DNA of 58,250 bases, counting the filler, from Sphacelaria rigidula (taxonomy: Eukaryota), in NCBI GenBank assembly GCA_964200075.2. It is 8 parts of 8 records of this genome, joined end to end, with 100 filler letters (N's around TTAATTAATTAA, not from the genome) between each part and the next. Parts side by side here need not be neighbours in the genome. Positions count along the whole stretch, not along the records: positions 36,472 to 43,664 come from CAXNAA020016028.1; positions 43,765 to 50,957 come from CAXNAA020016029.1; 6 more parts are not named here. One strand, written 5' to 3'. The position numbers and the translations under genes are program-made. Within the stretch, counting starts at the first letter, position 1, and the number at the start of each line of letters is the position of its first letter. A model generated the notes under the pieces. That model was not told the origin of the DNA. It ran no database searches and saw only the letters and a program-made list of their open reading frames with translations. This document shows, in pieces, positions 37,797 to 50,957 of the stretch.

Positions 37797-38642
37797 TACT
37801 GTTCAAATCATTGGAAGTAGAGATGTCCCTGGCTTGGTGTGTGCCCGCGTCACGACGGATGCATAGTCCTCGAGTGTGCTGGTACGTATGCGTACCCCCG
37901 TGTGTCCGATGCCCTCATGAGCTTTCATTTCCCCCTGACAGTTGTGAAGATATCATTTCCCCCTTTGTCCCTCCCAACCCTCCGTCTTTCTGTTGTCTGG
38001 GGAACATGCAGATTCGAGCAGTACTTCATGTCACAAATCTCAAAATGCGAGAATGTGACGAGCCAGGTTAAGCAGGTGGACATGTAAAGACAGCGTTTCC
38101 ACAGGGGGGTGGGGGTGGGGGGAGGGGGGGGGAGGTACAAGTCAAGACATGCTCGGGGGCCAGATTCGCTTCGAATATCTGGGTGATGTGACGACAACAG
38201 TGTGTACGCGGAAAGAGGGAAGAGGAGGAGCGATGGGGTTCGGGGTCTATGGTTTTCCCATCAGTTTTCTCTCTCTCGACTACGAAGTAAGAAGTTATCT
38301 GATTGACTGCCATGTAGCACATAAACCGTGTGTACTTTGTTGGGGGTCGCCAGTAACCTGTAGGCTGTGCGGGGGGTGCGGGGAGGGGCGGACAAATAGC
38401 GGCGCGCGGGGGTGAGAAAATATGTGCTTGCGCTGCGAGAGAGGTAGTAAACTTGGACGCGAGGTAGCCGAACCGGTGATACTTTTCTTGTCGGTTTTTG
38501 GAGTGCCACGTTGCACAATGGATGAATGGATCGCATGCTAATTTATCATGCTGTTGTTTTCCTGTAGTGTGTCTGGTTTCGGTGTGTGAGCTGCCGTACG
38601 GTCGAGTGTTCCCACAGCAGACATTCACATGTCTTGTGAGGG

Positions 38643-38692
38643 ATGTGCGTGCGTGCGTGTGTGTGTGTGTGCGTGCGCGCGTGTGTATGTGT
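38643..38692. repeat. (GT)n/(GCGT)n microsatellite
   Basis: Direct reading. Confidence 0.8.
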
Positions 38693-39041
38693 GACGAATC
38701 AATAGCCACCTGAGTTGTGCCTGGCCAAGGATTCCTTCCCGAGACTTGAGCAGGTATGCTTTTGAGCAGCGCAGACCCCGCCGCCCCCGTGCGCTCATGC
38801 GCGGGCGTCCGACACGTGAACCATAACTCGTACATTTGTGTTCCCAAACAGGGCAGGGGGCAAGTGCGGGAGTAGTAACGATCAAGAAGACAGGCTTGTT
38901 GCGTTAACAGCGTTTGCCAGCATCTTCGATACGAGTACCGGCAGCAAGTGAGAGTTTTGATGCATTTTATCACCCAGGCAATGAAGTATACACAGTCTGA
39001 CCCACGCGAGGTTCCATGTCCCCGTATTCACCTACTACTAA

Positions 39042-39231
39042 GGCCGTGTCTTATCAAATTGTCTTCGACTCGAAAACGTACTGTGGAATCGAATTTGCCC
39101 GTACCTGATACGTCCACAGCATCCATGTTCTCAACTATCTGAGGAAATGAACAGAGTGGACAAATCAGAAACGAGCGAATTCGATTCGACCGCACGTTTT
39201 CGGCACGAAAACAATGTGATGAGACACGGCC
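39042..39231. mobile_element. PIF/Harbinger (Tourist-like) MITE
   Basis: TAA|GGCCGTGTCTTATCA ... TGATGAGACACGGCC|TAA, a 3-bp TAA TSD. Confidence 0.88.
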
Positions 39232-40275
39232 TAATAGTCGGTACCACGCACTAACTACAAAATAGGATTCGACAAATTCTGACCCTGCCACCTGGTTTTA
39301 TCCGGTACGCTCTGAACCACTGCCGGGTTAAATCAGGTTTCCTCTGAACCGCCGTTGCTGGCTACGAAATAGAATTTGACACATTCTGAACTGGCGGCTG
39401 GCCTTGTCGGGTTGGCTCTAAACCGCCATCAAATAGCTATTACTCCGTGACTGTAGAGCCAATTTCGCCACATTCGAACCGGACTCGTCACTTGTTTATC
39501 GATCCGGGCTTCCTGCCGCTGTGTGTTTCGCTGAACCAGTCTAGAACACGCTGAGCCGTCCCACCTTACTGGAATTCGTTAACTGACATGTACTGTCCAT
39601 TATGTCCATCGCCGAAGTCCATGCCTTCCACAACGAGGACGTACTTTAGCTGCGTATATATATATGATGAGGCAGGGTCCGAATCACATCGTGCTCTTCC
39701 CCATGCTCCCCCTATTGTCGGCGAGGTGGCATTACGGCATTCACGTAGTTGGCGCATGACGTGAACGCACATTAAATGGGGTGGAGACAATCTTTGTGAT
39801 GTTCGTCTGTAGGACAAGGCGACAGGTGCTCTCGACAAAGGGACGCCGTATTGGACTACACCATGGAACGTGGTAATGCTTGTTGCAGTGGAAGGTTGAC
39901 GGTGAAATGTTTTGACTGGGGGCAAGCTAGTGGTGCACCGTCCTGTGCACGCGGCGAGCGCAAGCATAAAACATGTCCAGAGAAGATTGCTACGGGCCCA
40001 TGAACAGCGGTCGCACTGAAGTATGTACACACCAACAATGTTTTCGTGAAATTGAGAGTTTGATTAAATATATTTAATATAAAATTAATTAATTAAAGTT
40101 TGAATGAGGATGGTTGGATGGTTAGTTTTATTTATTGAACAAGGGAAAGACAATATAGGATTGAGCTTGGATTGAGAGTGATTTTTTTTCGACCGACGTG
40201 ACATTCACCTTTTGAAATGTTACACGACGCATTGGCTTCTAGAATAATAAGAGGCCCGTTGACCCTTAGAGCTGT

Positions 40276-40803
40276 AGACCTGATAAAATGTTCGTACGTA
40301 ATGGTTGACAGGGATGCCTACTCGATTTTAGAGTTGATGAAGTTCTGAAAAAAAGATGGTTGGGGTTAGGTGAGCAGTGGATCGACCCAGCTCGTCCCGA
40401 ACGTGTTTTTGTCGAAATCGGAGCCTCCTGCGACGATTTGAAGTCTGCCAACGCACACTTTACCTAATAGGGGGAACTATGCACCCTCCTCGCCCCAGGG
40501 TCTCGTGCACCTTGAGTCGGGGTTACGGTTAGGGTTATAGTGCTGGGCCGTGTCTCATCAAATTGTCATCGACTCAAGAACGTACGGTGGAATCGAGATG
40601 CTCGTACTTGATGCGTCCACGGCATCCATGTTCTCAACCATCTGAGAAAATGAACAGCATGGGCGAATCAGAAACGAGCGAATTCGATTCGACCGCACGT
40701 TTTCGACACGAAAACAATTTGATAAGATACGTCCTTGGTGCTAGTCTGCAACATTCCATGATGTTCCCCATCAACCATTATCTACGAACATTTCTTCAGG
40801 TCT
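40276..40803 (-). mobile_element. Inverted-repeat element with telomere-like repeats, copy 2 (Harbinger MITE nested)
   Basis: AGACCTGATAAAATGTTCGTA..AATGGTTGA pairs with TCAACCATT..TACGAACATTTCTTCAGGTCT. GGGTTACGGTTAGGGTTA at about 40520-40537. The body is the reverse complement of about 37547-37796. Confidence 0.7.
40546..40734. mobile_element. PIF/Harbinger MITE, second copy
   Basis: Colinear with 39042-39231. TIRs GGCCGTGTCTCATCA / TGATAAGATACGTCC. Confidence 0.82.
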
Positions 40804-41439
40804 TTTTTCGATAGACCGCGAGCGTAGGTCACCTGCTGAATCGGAATCAATTTTCACTTGAATAAAGTATCACATGTTCATGTACTTGAAAAAATCGAAC
40901 TGTTTTGTTTTCACAGAGATTGTGAAATTTGATACATGTTACTACGCCGGGCAACCTCGATGCAGACGCCACCCAGTCCACTAGAGCGACGAAAGCTAGT
41001 TATGATCGGGTGTGCCTGCCGTACTGCCGCCAGCGTTGCTTGAAAGCCACAAGACCTTTGACGTTGGCGGTTGATGGCGTGGTTGTCGAATGCAACGACA
41101 AGTGGTTGATCATAGAGCACCCTAGTTCTTCGTGGGTTCATATGTCGCCCCAGGTGGTCACGCGGGACCTTGTCACATCGGAATTCATTCTTGAAAGCTC
41201 CTGTACCGAGGTGCTGACGCAGCCAGCGCGTGCTCCAGGTTGCAGCATGGACGCACCCCTCGGCACCACGCTCGCAACGGTTAGATCACTACCATAGGTA
41301 TTTTTTTTCACTCTGTATGTCAAGAAGGTCTCAAAACAAGTGTTTGATGTCTCATACCCCCCCCCCCCCCAACTGGCTTCTCGTACGCTGTCGTCGTTGG
41401 GCACCCAGAGGGTCGCTCGCATACATGTCGGGTAAAATC

Positions 41440-43000
41440 AACGATGGATAACATCCCCCAAGTTCAAATTAATTGGATATATCTGTTGTTTTCGCCGCAC
41501 CACCGCCCTTGCTGGCATGTGTGTGACAGAGAATAGTAGTAGCGGTGACGGGAACATTGCCCTATTTTCCAACGACATGTTTTTCAGCGCACAGAAGCGC
41601 GTCCTGTCCAAAATGAGAGGCAGAGAGAAATCGATCTTCGCATTCATGAGCTCGACAGGCAACTGTAAGACGAGAGAAAATCTCTCTGCAGCTCGATGTT
41701 TCGGCACATGGAAAATTGGGCACATGCTGGTAACATCGATGATGCCAGTGTCTCGAGCGATTGGTGATCGCCGAGCGAGGACACACAAATGACACGGGCG
41801 AGGAGCTTCCTCTCTGTCGTTGCTTCTCTCTCTGGTGATATCGTCATCGACACGCGTGCAAACCGCGCATTCGTTAGGTGCACCTAGCCACAGCTGCTTA
41901 ACTGCTGCGGACATTTGGGGGGGAAGATGGCTTCGCTCGGTCGTAGTAAGTGTTTCACGTCTTCCGTGCAAAAAAGAAATGCCATTTCAACCTCCTTTTT
42001 GATATGGACCCCATTTTTTAGGATCCGCTGTTCATGAGTGTACGTTCTACGCGTCTCGTCACCACACTCAAAATGACAAGTCACGAATTCACATGATGCG
42101 TTCACTCGTCGCCTGTCTCATGTCGAGGAACTCGTGTACGAGGACAACGACAACGGAAAAAAAACTGATATTTTATTGATGACTGGTTGTTAGATTGATT
42201 GTCTCGCATGAGCCGATGGCGCTTTGGAATCCAGCCAAGGTCGTGAGATTAGATGCGTATAAGCTAGAAAAACAAGGTAAAACAAAGAAACACGAAGGAG
42301 TATAGATTAGGAAAAATACCGGACTGGACAGGAAGAACTAGCCAGAGAAAGTCCGAAACCAAAACACACGAAAAAAATGGGAAGCTAAGATCTGCTGCTA
42401 TGCTGCGTGCTGTACGCCGTGTACTACAGACGACAGACTGCACATTGTACGTGTCCATGTTTCGTGTCGTGTGCTTTCATGAAGGTGTTTGTCAGACCTG
42501 CGATCGATCAGACTGAACAACATATTCGGGAGATTCAGAGCGTAATATATCGGATTCAGAGTGGATGCTCTACCGTTCCTTACAGGCAACTTTTTTTTTT
42601 CTTGCTTGAGCACACGTCCTGTGCATGCAGCTACCGTCCCCCGACCCCATTCGAGGGATTCGGCGGTCTGGTTCGTGAGATACTGCACAGAGCATTTTTA
42701 CGCCTGGGGGAGCATTTCGGAACTGAAACTGTTTCAGACACTAATAATCAGTTTTTCCTGAAAGAGGGGATATTTTGTTGCAATGGACTGATTACGTCTT
42801 TGCGATCAAGTGATATGTCAAATTGATCGTGTAGGTGACAGCTTTCATTGATTCCACCGCTTCACCAGCTGGGCGCATTAACAGCCTGGAATCGTTATTG
42901 AGGTTCAACATGCTCATGAGGTTTAACGGATCATCGAAATTCCATTTACTTTGTTCAAACGGCTTGGGAGTCGCAACTGGTTTCGTCCATGTGCCTCTAG
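41440..43000 (-). mobile_element. Possible highly degenerate Copia-like remnant
   Basis: Scattered weak motifs: KWNFDD (protease-like), IPSFRKN*LLVS, TGIIDVTSMCPIFHVPKH and LILDRTRFCALK, in an order compatible with Copia PR-IN. Confidence 0.25.
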
Positions 43001-43664
43001 TTCAGAAGTTTCTGAACTGGAGCGAAAGTATGATGGTGTGCAGTCCAACCGAAAAGCCGCCCTAATTCATTGTGCCGCATCTATCGAGCAACCCTTGCGT
43101 CTAAGCGCTGCGGAACACGTTACAAAGCATGCTGAAAATATACTCTTTGGACTAGTCATCGAGTTTCCAGCGCCTCTTCTTGTGTATTTGAGAGGGACTT
43201 CATACTGTTGCGCCGGCGAGGACCGCCGTCAGCGAAACGATCCAATGCGGCGGCAGACGCCAACGGTCTTTGAAACGCAGCGTCATTCAGCAGTCTGCTG
43301 AGATATACCATCACCACAGACAGCATCACCACAGTACAGTGGTCAGTTAGATCACATGCGTGCCACACGACGAAGCTGCAGACACACACAACGGGGGTAA
43401 GGCTTAGTCCGACGCCTGGGGTTGTTTCGCCAGTAGTGCTCATGCGAGGCGCTTCATCTAGTCTGAACCAGCTATCACGCCTTGTATGGCCACCTCCGCC
43501 GTGGCTGTACTGAGAACCGGTTTCGCGGTGGAGCTGTTGAACAACACTACTGTTGTAGTGCAACGCGCTTAAAAAATTCGGGCCGTTTATTTTGAATTTA
43601 AAAGCCGTGGCAGCTCTAGTTTGAATATCCCTTCTGACGGTCCCAAACGGGCGCTGATGAAGCG

Positions 43665-43764
43665 NNNNNNNNNNNNNNNNNNNNNNNNNNNNNNNNNNNN
43701 NNNNNNNNTTAATTAATTAANNNNNNNNNNNNNNNNNNNNNNNNNNNNNNNNNNNNNNNNNNNN
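43665..43764. other. Artificial contig spacer
   Basis: N44-TTAATTAATTAA-N44. Confidence 0.98.
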
Positions 43765-43813
43765 GGCGGGTGCGGTGGGGGGGTGGTTTGGTTTGGGGTG
43801 GGGTGGGGTGGGT

Positions 43814-43848
<35 letters not shown>
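43765..43848. repeat. G-rich tract / poly-G at contig start
   Basis: Direct reading. Confidence 0.8.
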
Positions 43849-43849
<1 letters not shown>

Positions 43850-46044
43850 AGGGACGAAGTCAAATGGGTGATGGGGTGTCACGGCGTGTACGAGAAGAGT
43901 CATTTTTTCCCATATTTTGTACGACGATGGCGGAGGTGGAGGACAACACGCACGTCCTTCTGTGCCACGAAGTAGGCTCACCTCCCACAGATAGGGGTAG
44001 CTCAAAGTGAATTGAAAGATTTTCGCGCGAAGCGCGATTGTGGCCGAGCGTCAGAATCGGCACTCGGCAGAGTTAGGACCCGTCTGAAATCAGGAGACGG
44101 GCCATCACATGGGACATGTCCTGCCTCACTGTGCAGCAGCATAAACACACTCACGCCCTCTCTCATGTGCTATGGGTGTCACTGCGCTGTGGTGTGATCA
44201 GCTGTACGAAGACGGTTTGGTCTCCGCTGGGACTGCTTGAGTTGCCTCATAGTCACTGCGTTCGTCTACACAGAAAATAAGGGGGGGAAATAATGTTAGT
44301 CGGCACGAGTCGGGAAATAATGTTAGTCGGCACGCAGTGCTGTCTACACATTGTTCCTTTCTTTCCGTTTTCTTCTTCATTATTCTGTTCTTTTCTTGCT
44401 GCTTCTGGCCACGGGCTGGATTGTTGCAATCAGCTAATGTGAGATAATCAATCAATCAATCAGTCAGTCACCTGTTGAAACCTTCCTAGTGTGTTGGCTG
44501 TTCCGTCTTCCGTGAAACAAACGAGGCTTTTCCCCCACCAATCATTTTTATGCTGTAGTTGTCGGTGTGCTGTTATGCACTTGAATACTCCGCAACAAAC
44601 ATGGTGTGATGTGCGCTAGAGAGTGCCTGACCAGCTGTACTGCTGCATACCGAGTTTCGGTCTGCGCATTATCGGGGTGGGATCGAAGTCCTGTCTACAA
44701 AAAGTTGAAACGATTACGTGACGGCTGTGCAGCTGTCTGTGGCATCTTCTCTAGTACTCTAGTTGTAGTCGGGTGCTGTGATCGGAGAAGACACGCCAAG
44801 CGGGTGCGTGCAGGTTGGGGTAAACAAACGGAGCCAGCACGGAGCTGCTGTATCCCCAGCGATTGATAGTAGCAGCTGTCTGACTCGCAACAGCGCAACG
44901 TGTGGGCCATTAACAGCTACTTTGCCACTCAAAATGCCACTCGTTTCTCGCATTGAAAGCCTCTGGTAGGTCGAAAAATCTTGCAACTCATATTCGTTGT
45001 CCACATCTGTTGGCCGTGTGCCACGAAGTACGTGCATATGCGCAGGAATGGAAAACAAGCAACTCTACAGATCGCTATAAAGTATTCCGCTCGCCAAGGT
45101 AAACAACACCGGTGGTTGAGCAACCTGAACCGGCAGCTGCGTCCCTGTACAGGAGAAGTGATACAAGCATTGGCGACAACTACACGAGACCCTCAGGAGA
45201 TCCCAATGTTTCCGCTGGTGAAGCCCTGCGACGTGCACTAACTCGTCTTACTAGCAAGAAAACACGTGCACATGTTCACCTGAAGAAGAGGAACGGAAGG
45301 ACGGTGTCGAATTGCTTTCAGCATCCCTTTCTTCGGAAAGCCGTGGCTGAGCTTCATGATCACCTGTCGTTGTGCCGCGAGCGAAAGAATAACCGGCAAC
45401 GTTACACCACCCACAAGTTTTGTCGTACACACGGTACATGCGAAGTGCACCGGCATCTTGTGCACTATTATATGCTGAGATCGTGCAGAAGCACTCCCTC
45501 AACCCTAGGAAACGAGTTTGAACAGTCCAAGGAAGGGCCGGAAAAAGTGCGCACTTGTTGATCCCCATCATCCCTTAAAACCCCCCCGTCACCACGATAG
45601 GTGTGGAGCAGAGGTTGAGCGCAATCGGCGCAGCACTTGGACAAGAACGGCGATAGATCACTCGCGCTCAGTCGAACTTACGGGGTAAGCAGGAGAGATT
45701 CGGGCTGAGGGTAAGAATGGATCATTGCTCCCTCCGTTTACAAATAATCTCTTCACTTGTGCCGTTTTATCATGAAAAACGTTTTTGCCAGCACAATACC
45801 ATGAAGAGATGACTTGATGCGTGGGAAAGCGCGCGACGTGGGCGTGCTCCCAGCATATTTTCAAAACTCTTTCGAATTTAAAATGGTTGAGTTATCCACC
45901 CCTGAACACGCAAAGGTGGGAACCGCTTGACCACACACGTGTACAATCTCCCAATGTTCATTGTAGAATCTCCCAATCTCCCAATGTTCATTGTAGAATA
46001 GTGTCGAGTCACGATTAAGGTTATTATCTAGTAGCACTACCAAA

Positions 46045-46620
46045 CGCCCCGGTGGCTCAGTTGGTACCCTCAAAACCTTCCACACCTTGGACAATATACA
46101 ATACATGGCCATGGTCAATAGTTGCAATAGACCAAAAATGTACTGCGTGAAGTAAAGGCCTATTGCGACTGTTGTCGGCCGACAATAGCTGCGATAGGCC
46201 TATACTTCACGCAGTATATTTCTTGTCCATTGCAACTATTGAACATGAACGTATTTTGTATATTGTCCAAGGTGTGAAACCTTCTGACTGTTGCTGTTTG
46301 TTGCTGGGACGTGGGTTCGAATCTTGGCCAAGTTACACGATCTGAGATTTTTCCTTCCATCATGCCCAACAGTGGAGAGCGACTTTGTCCTGGGTAAACA
46401 ACATTCGACTTCACGGTCGACGAAGGGAATAGGACCGTTGAACCCTCCTCGCTATAAAAAAAAAAACAAGCACCGCAGAAGGAAGGTGAAATACTAAAAC
46501 GAAGTACAAAAAACTCCCATGTTGACCTTCCGCCTGTGTGACGCCGGCTGATGCGCACACATGTACAGAAAGGTGTAGACTGGCGTGCAGAATAGATGGA
46601 ATGACAACACAAACACCACA
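46045..46620 (+). mobile_element. tRNA-derived SINE, copy 3 (split by a MITE between the A and B boxes)
   Basis: CGCCCCGGTGGCTCAGTTGGTA at 46045 and GGTTCGAATC at about 46314. Same body and CA-rich tail as copies 1 and 2. Confidence 0.85.
46081..46276. mobile_element. Foldback MITE with 8-bp TSD (hAT-like)
   Basis: AAACCTTC|CACACCTTGGACAATATACAA ... TTGTATATTGTCCAAGGTGTG|AAACCTTC. Palindromic throughout. Confidence 0.92.
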
Positions 46621-46909
46621 GCATGACAAGCACGGGGGTAGAGATACTTCACAGTATTGCTACTTCCCACAACTCCCATGCGGCATCTATCCATTTTTAG
46701 ATGGATTGATGTTCTCTCTTGAATGTAGGACACGAAATTACACGTTGCATTATGTTTTTTTTTCTTATTCCGATCATTCCGACAATTTCGTTTCATGCGG
46801 TACTACTAACCTGTACCCCCGACTGATATTTTGCAACACGATGCAAGCACAAGGCAGACGACATGACGATAAAAGTGAACAACAAAGTCGCTGTGAAACC
46901 GCCTAGACT

Positions 46910-46910
<1 letters not shown>

Positions 46911-46949
<39 letters not shown>

Positions 46950-46982
46950 TTGCCGTCCCATTTATTCTGGATGCCGGTCTAC
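46911..46982 (-). repeat. (GT)n microsatellite plus 3' fragment of the SINE
   Basis: (GT)n followed by GTCCCATTTATTCTGGATGCCGGTCTAC, matching the SINE 3' end. Confidence 0.7.
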
Positions 46983-47284
46983 TTGTTGGATACCTGACAG
47001 ACGGTAACTGTAGGGTAATAGTTTCATTTATCACAACTATGCAAAAAATTCGCCAGGTCGGCCGAAGAATCAGTTATACAGATAATTGTAACGCGGCAAC
47101 AAGAGACTTGGATTAAAAAATAGACACAACGCAGGATTCCCCGTGTAAAGTATCGGCTATACGTTTTGACGACAGCAACGACAAAATCAAACTCGCGCGA
47201 TAGACTGGAGGGCCAAGAGCGTCGAATCTGCAAGCAACCGTCCCAGCAACGGTGTCCTGATTTCAGTGTCTCTTTGTCTTTCAC

Positions 47285-50200
47285 CTTATCGTGGTCGACG
47301 TCCAGTAGCTGCAGCAGGTGTACGAGGACCCCAAACAACAACGGAGACGTGCACGCCCACAGCATTGTGCATTTCAACACCCGTCGGAGGTACGTGAGTG
47401 CGGACTGTGCTGGGTACTGCGCCTCCTCACGCCGCATAGCTGCCGACACCCCCGCGGTGGGAAGGGGCGGAAGAGACGAGACGAGCACGCAGAGTACACG
47501 TAGTCGGATCGCTGAAGGACGAGTAGCCTAGTATGACGTCACCTAGTGAGGCGGCAACGCTCTTGAGTCCGTTGGAAGTGAAGTCGTCGTATCACTGGAG
47601 CCTTCGGAAATTGCAACCGTGTTTGACGAGATATGCACAACCTACGTCAATGTGAACAAATACAAATTTGCCAGCTATGGGTGTGTACAGAACGCGAGAT
47701 AAACATCCATTGAGGCGCAACGCGATGAGGAATCAGTGTTGGCGGGAGATGGTCGTGGGGACAAACGGCCCAAGACGTCCGACAGGGCGATACGGTACGT
47801 GATCATTATTTCGACCTTAGCACATTCCTACATAACATGGATTATTATCGCTATCTTAGAATGGTACCGTCGTAGTATGCAGTCCGTCGAGTGGACGCTG
47901 TTCCACTTACGTACGTGTCAGTCACGCCTGTCCGTCAGTTTTTAACTCCGATTAATTTGAAAACAGACTCTTCGAGACGATGGAATGCTAGCATCAATCA
48001 TGACAAAAGATATGCGTAGTACAGCATGCGCTGCGAATGCATGCAGTCCACCACCCAAGCATCGCAGAACGTATTGCAAACGTGTGGTGCACCGTTTCAC
48101 CGGACAACAACACCAACACCAACACCAACACTGAAAAACGAAATGATACACCGTCGGAGTCACTCAGTACGATCCCACTTTGTAAATCACCTGAAAGGAT
48201 ATCCGCGTTGAGGATGCGGACAATGCCGCCCCCGAACGCCGTCGCCCGCTTGATGACACCGAAGCTGAAGAACACCGCGTCGCTGGCGGGATGCCCCAGA
48301 TACCCCTGGAGCCCCGTGAACACCTGCGCACAATCTTCCCACAGCAAGATACCGTGACGAGCTGCTGCTTCCGCAATCGGTGCCATGTTCACCTGTCCGA
48401 GCATTCGAAGGTTTAGACATGCGTGCTTGTCAAAATTCATGTGGAGATCCATGCGCTGCTCTCCCAAACACGAGCAACATCGAGAGGCGTGCAGAGCTGA
48501 TGGGCACATGACGGCAGCCCAAGGATCATTCTACTGGCGAGAAACGGATAAAACTGTGATCCGTTCCGTAACTGTGTGAGGAAAAAAACAAACAAACATA
48601 AAATGCGTTATATAAGGTACACAGGAACCGTAGGTAATGTACCGTACCGAGTGTACCCCCGGTATTTACCGGGATATCCCATACCGTGGTATGCGTGGGT
48701 ATCGTGGGCATGAGTCTTGAAAATACCTGATTGAGCGGGTACGGTAGGTATGGAAGTCTCGAAATACCGTGGTATCGTAGGTATCGTAGGTATCGCAGGT
48801 ATGACATATGAAAATAAATACTCGATTGGGCAGGTGCGGTAGGTACTAGTATCTCGAAATACCGTGGTATCGTGAGTATCGTAGGTATGACATTTGAAAA
48901 TACCCGATTGGGTCGGTACCGGTAGGGTACGAAATGACCCAAATACCAGTACCGGGTACCTGCCTTACCCTCTATACAGAATTCAAAACTGTCATCCGGC
49001 AGTGCGGAGAAGTGTCTCAGGGCGTGTCTTGGCGAAAAAAAATGTGTCGAAAAAATGTGGCGGTGGAATTGATTTGAACGAAAATCGCACATTTTTGTCT
49101 AGTACGAATCGAATTTTCAAGCTTTCGAACAAAAGAAGACGGTGAAATTCGTGAAAAGGTACATGGTCACTCGTGTACAGTACAGACAGTCTGTACTGTC
49201 TGCACTGCTTGCAAGCAGTGTGTCTCAAGTGCGTGTATGCGTGTTTCGTACAGCAATATTTTCAAGAAAAGCGGGCAAAATGCAGTGCAGACAGCCCAGG
49301 ACTATCAGTTCTCTCTGCTTACAATGCGACGTGAAAAGGACTTGAACAACGTGCAACTTTGTACTGCCTGCACTTTTCATGAGCGTGTACGCAACTCGGT
49401 TGCCCACCGGACCACGCAGTTCCGTCGCTGATCCTACCATGGAAGAACATGCGCGAGTTTTCGCCAACAAAAAATAAACAAAGCATACCCGACTACTGCA
49501 GGGTGTCTATCCCTGTGTGTTCAACTCGTACTCGATGCTGCAGGGCAGGGATGGTGGCTGAGAATGAGCTGGATGGAGTTAGCATGGTTCTGTGACGGGG
49601 TGTTATCTGGCGTGGTAGTCTGCAAGTTAGGAGTTCGAGTGCCGCTTCGTGCCTTTCGACCATATGTTCTCGATCGAAAAAGCTTAGCTTATGTGTTTTG
49701 TAGTTTCTCTCCGCGCGCCACTAATTACAAATTGGAGTTGAAGCCTCCCAAGAACAGCAATGCGGTGGACCTATCAGATCGAGAAAACAAAATCGACCGC
49801 ACTTCAGACTACATAATAATGAGTGCATTCAAATTGATCCAAAAACGTGAATCAGGGGGAATCTGGGTATTACATCACTTGTGAAAACAAGACGTCCTTG
49901 ATCCGACAACTTCTGGCCTTTGAATGATAAGTTGGGACCAGTTGTTGCACCGTGGGTAGTTCATGGCGTCCGATACTACCGGGCATACCCCCGGTATTTA
50001 CCGGGGTATCCCACATCGTGGTATGCGTAGGTATCGTAGGTACGACATTTAAAAATACCCGACTGGGCGGGTACGGTAGGTTTTGGTATCTCGAAAAACC
50101 ACGGTATCGTGGGTATCGTGGGTGTGAGTTTTGAAAAATACTCGATCGAGCGGGGGCAGTAGGTATCGAAATCTCAAAATACCGTGGTATCGTGGGTATC

Positions 50201-50726
50201 GTAGGGATGACATTTGAAAATACCCGATTGGGCCGGTATCGATAGGGTATGAGATCCCAAATACTGGTAACGGGTACCTACCTTACCTACGGTGCCTGTG
50301 AAAAGATAGCAAAAACGTCACCAAGCGTGTAGTGTCTCTCTCCGTCGCCATGCAACCCACCTTCGTCTCACCTGGGCCCCGAAGACATGCGCCACATAAA
50401 TTGCTCTTACGGCTACGCTCCCCTCCTCCGCACCATTCCCTTCACGCGATGTTTCCACCGCGGCCTCCAGAGCTCCGGGTTCAGGAGCGAGCGTCGCCGG
50501 GTCAAGGTCGACTGGCAGGGGCACGATTCCGTGTTCCATGAAAATTCGAACCATGTCCGGAATTGTGAGGGCGGAGCAGACAACGCGACTGCCCCTTGGC
50601 AACGCGAGGGCTTTCAAGTAGAGATCAAAAGCGGTGCGAACAGACAGGAAGGGAGCCACGCAGTCCCCGGTCTCCGTTGTTGTTGTGGCAGGAGTGCTGG
50701 TGGTGGGCACAGGCTCGCCGTCGCTG
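47285..50726 (-). CDS. DegT/DnrJ/EryC1/StrS-family PLP-dependent aminotransferase (partial, three exons)
   Basis: Exon about 50726-50372: LSVRTAFDLYLKAL..VVCSALTIPDMV..PLPVDLDPATL..IYVAHVFGAQ. Exon 48392-48191: VNMAPI..LLWEDCAQ..FFSFGVIKRATAFGGG. Exon 47439-47285. Phases are compatible (0, 1). EDCAQ and SFxxxK are the family PLP-binding motifs. Confidence 0.88.
48620..50300. mobile_element. Intronic 1.7-kb TIR element (hAT-like) with two direct copies of a GGTATCGT-rich block
   Basis: TIR CACAGGAACCGTAGGTAA / TTACCTACGGTGCCTGTG. Flanks ATAAGGTA / AAAAGATA match 6 of 8. Blocks at about 48645-48968 and 49977-50287 are direct repeats. Confidence 0.65.
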
Positions 50727-50957
50727 CTGGTTTGCAGTTGCAGCCGTCGGTGGATCCACGAGCGGCGTATTTTAAGCAGTCGGCAATGCGAGAATACAAT
50801 GGCGGCCGGTGGTTTTATCCCCTTGTGGTGCCAGCCTCGACCGACAGGGTGTACTCATGATCATGCCTCGACCGACAGGGGGGGGGGGGGGGGGGGCGTA
50901 CTCATTTGTTGCTTGCCTTAGTCATTTGAGCTTTGACCACCCACCCCTTTAGAGACG

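Noticed and set aside
38012..38947. Short AG..GT-bounded candidate exons on the + strand, and the 301-aa ORF 38068-38973 on the - strand
   Set aside because: No recognisable protein and ambiguous phases. The long ORF runs through microsatellite and G-rich tracts.
45690..45805. Possible Harbinger transposase remnant (DSG..EWIIAP..CRFIMKNVF)
   Set aside because: Too short and stop-ridden to support without a profile search.
46045..46330. Intron-containing tRNA gene (also tRNA-like heads near 27748 and 30029)
   Set aside because: These are SINE heads without a complete cloverleaf, and the insert is a MITE with a TSD.
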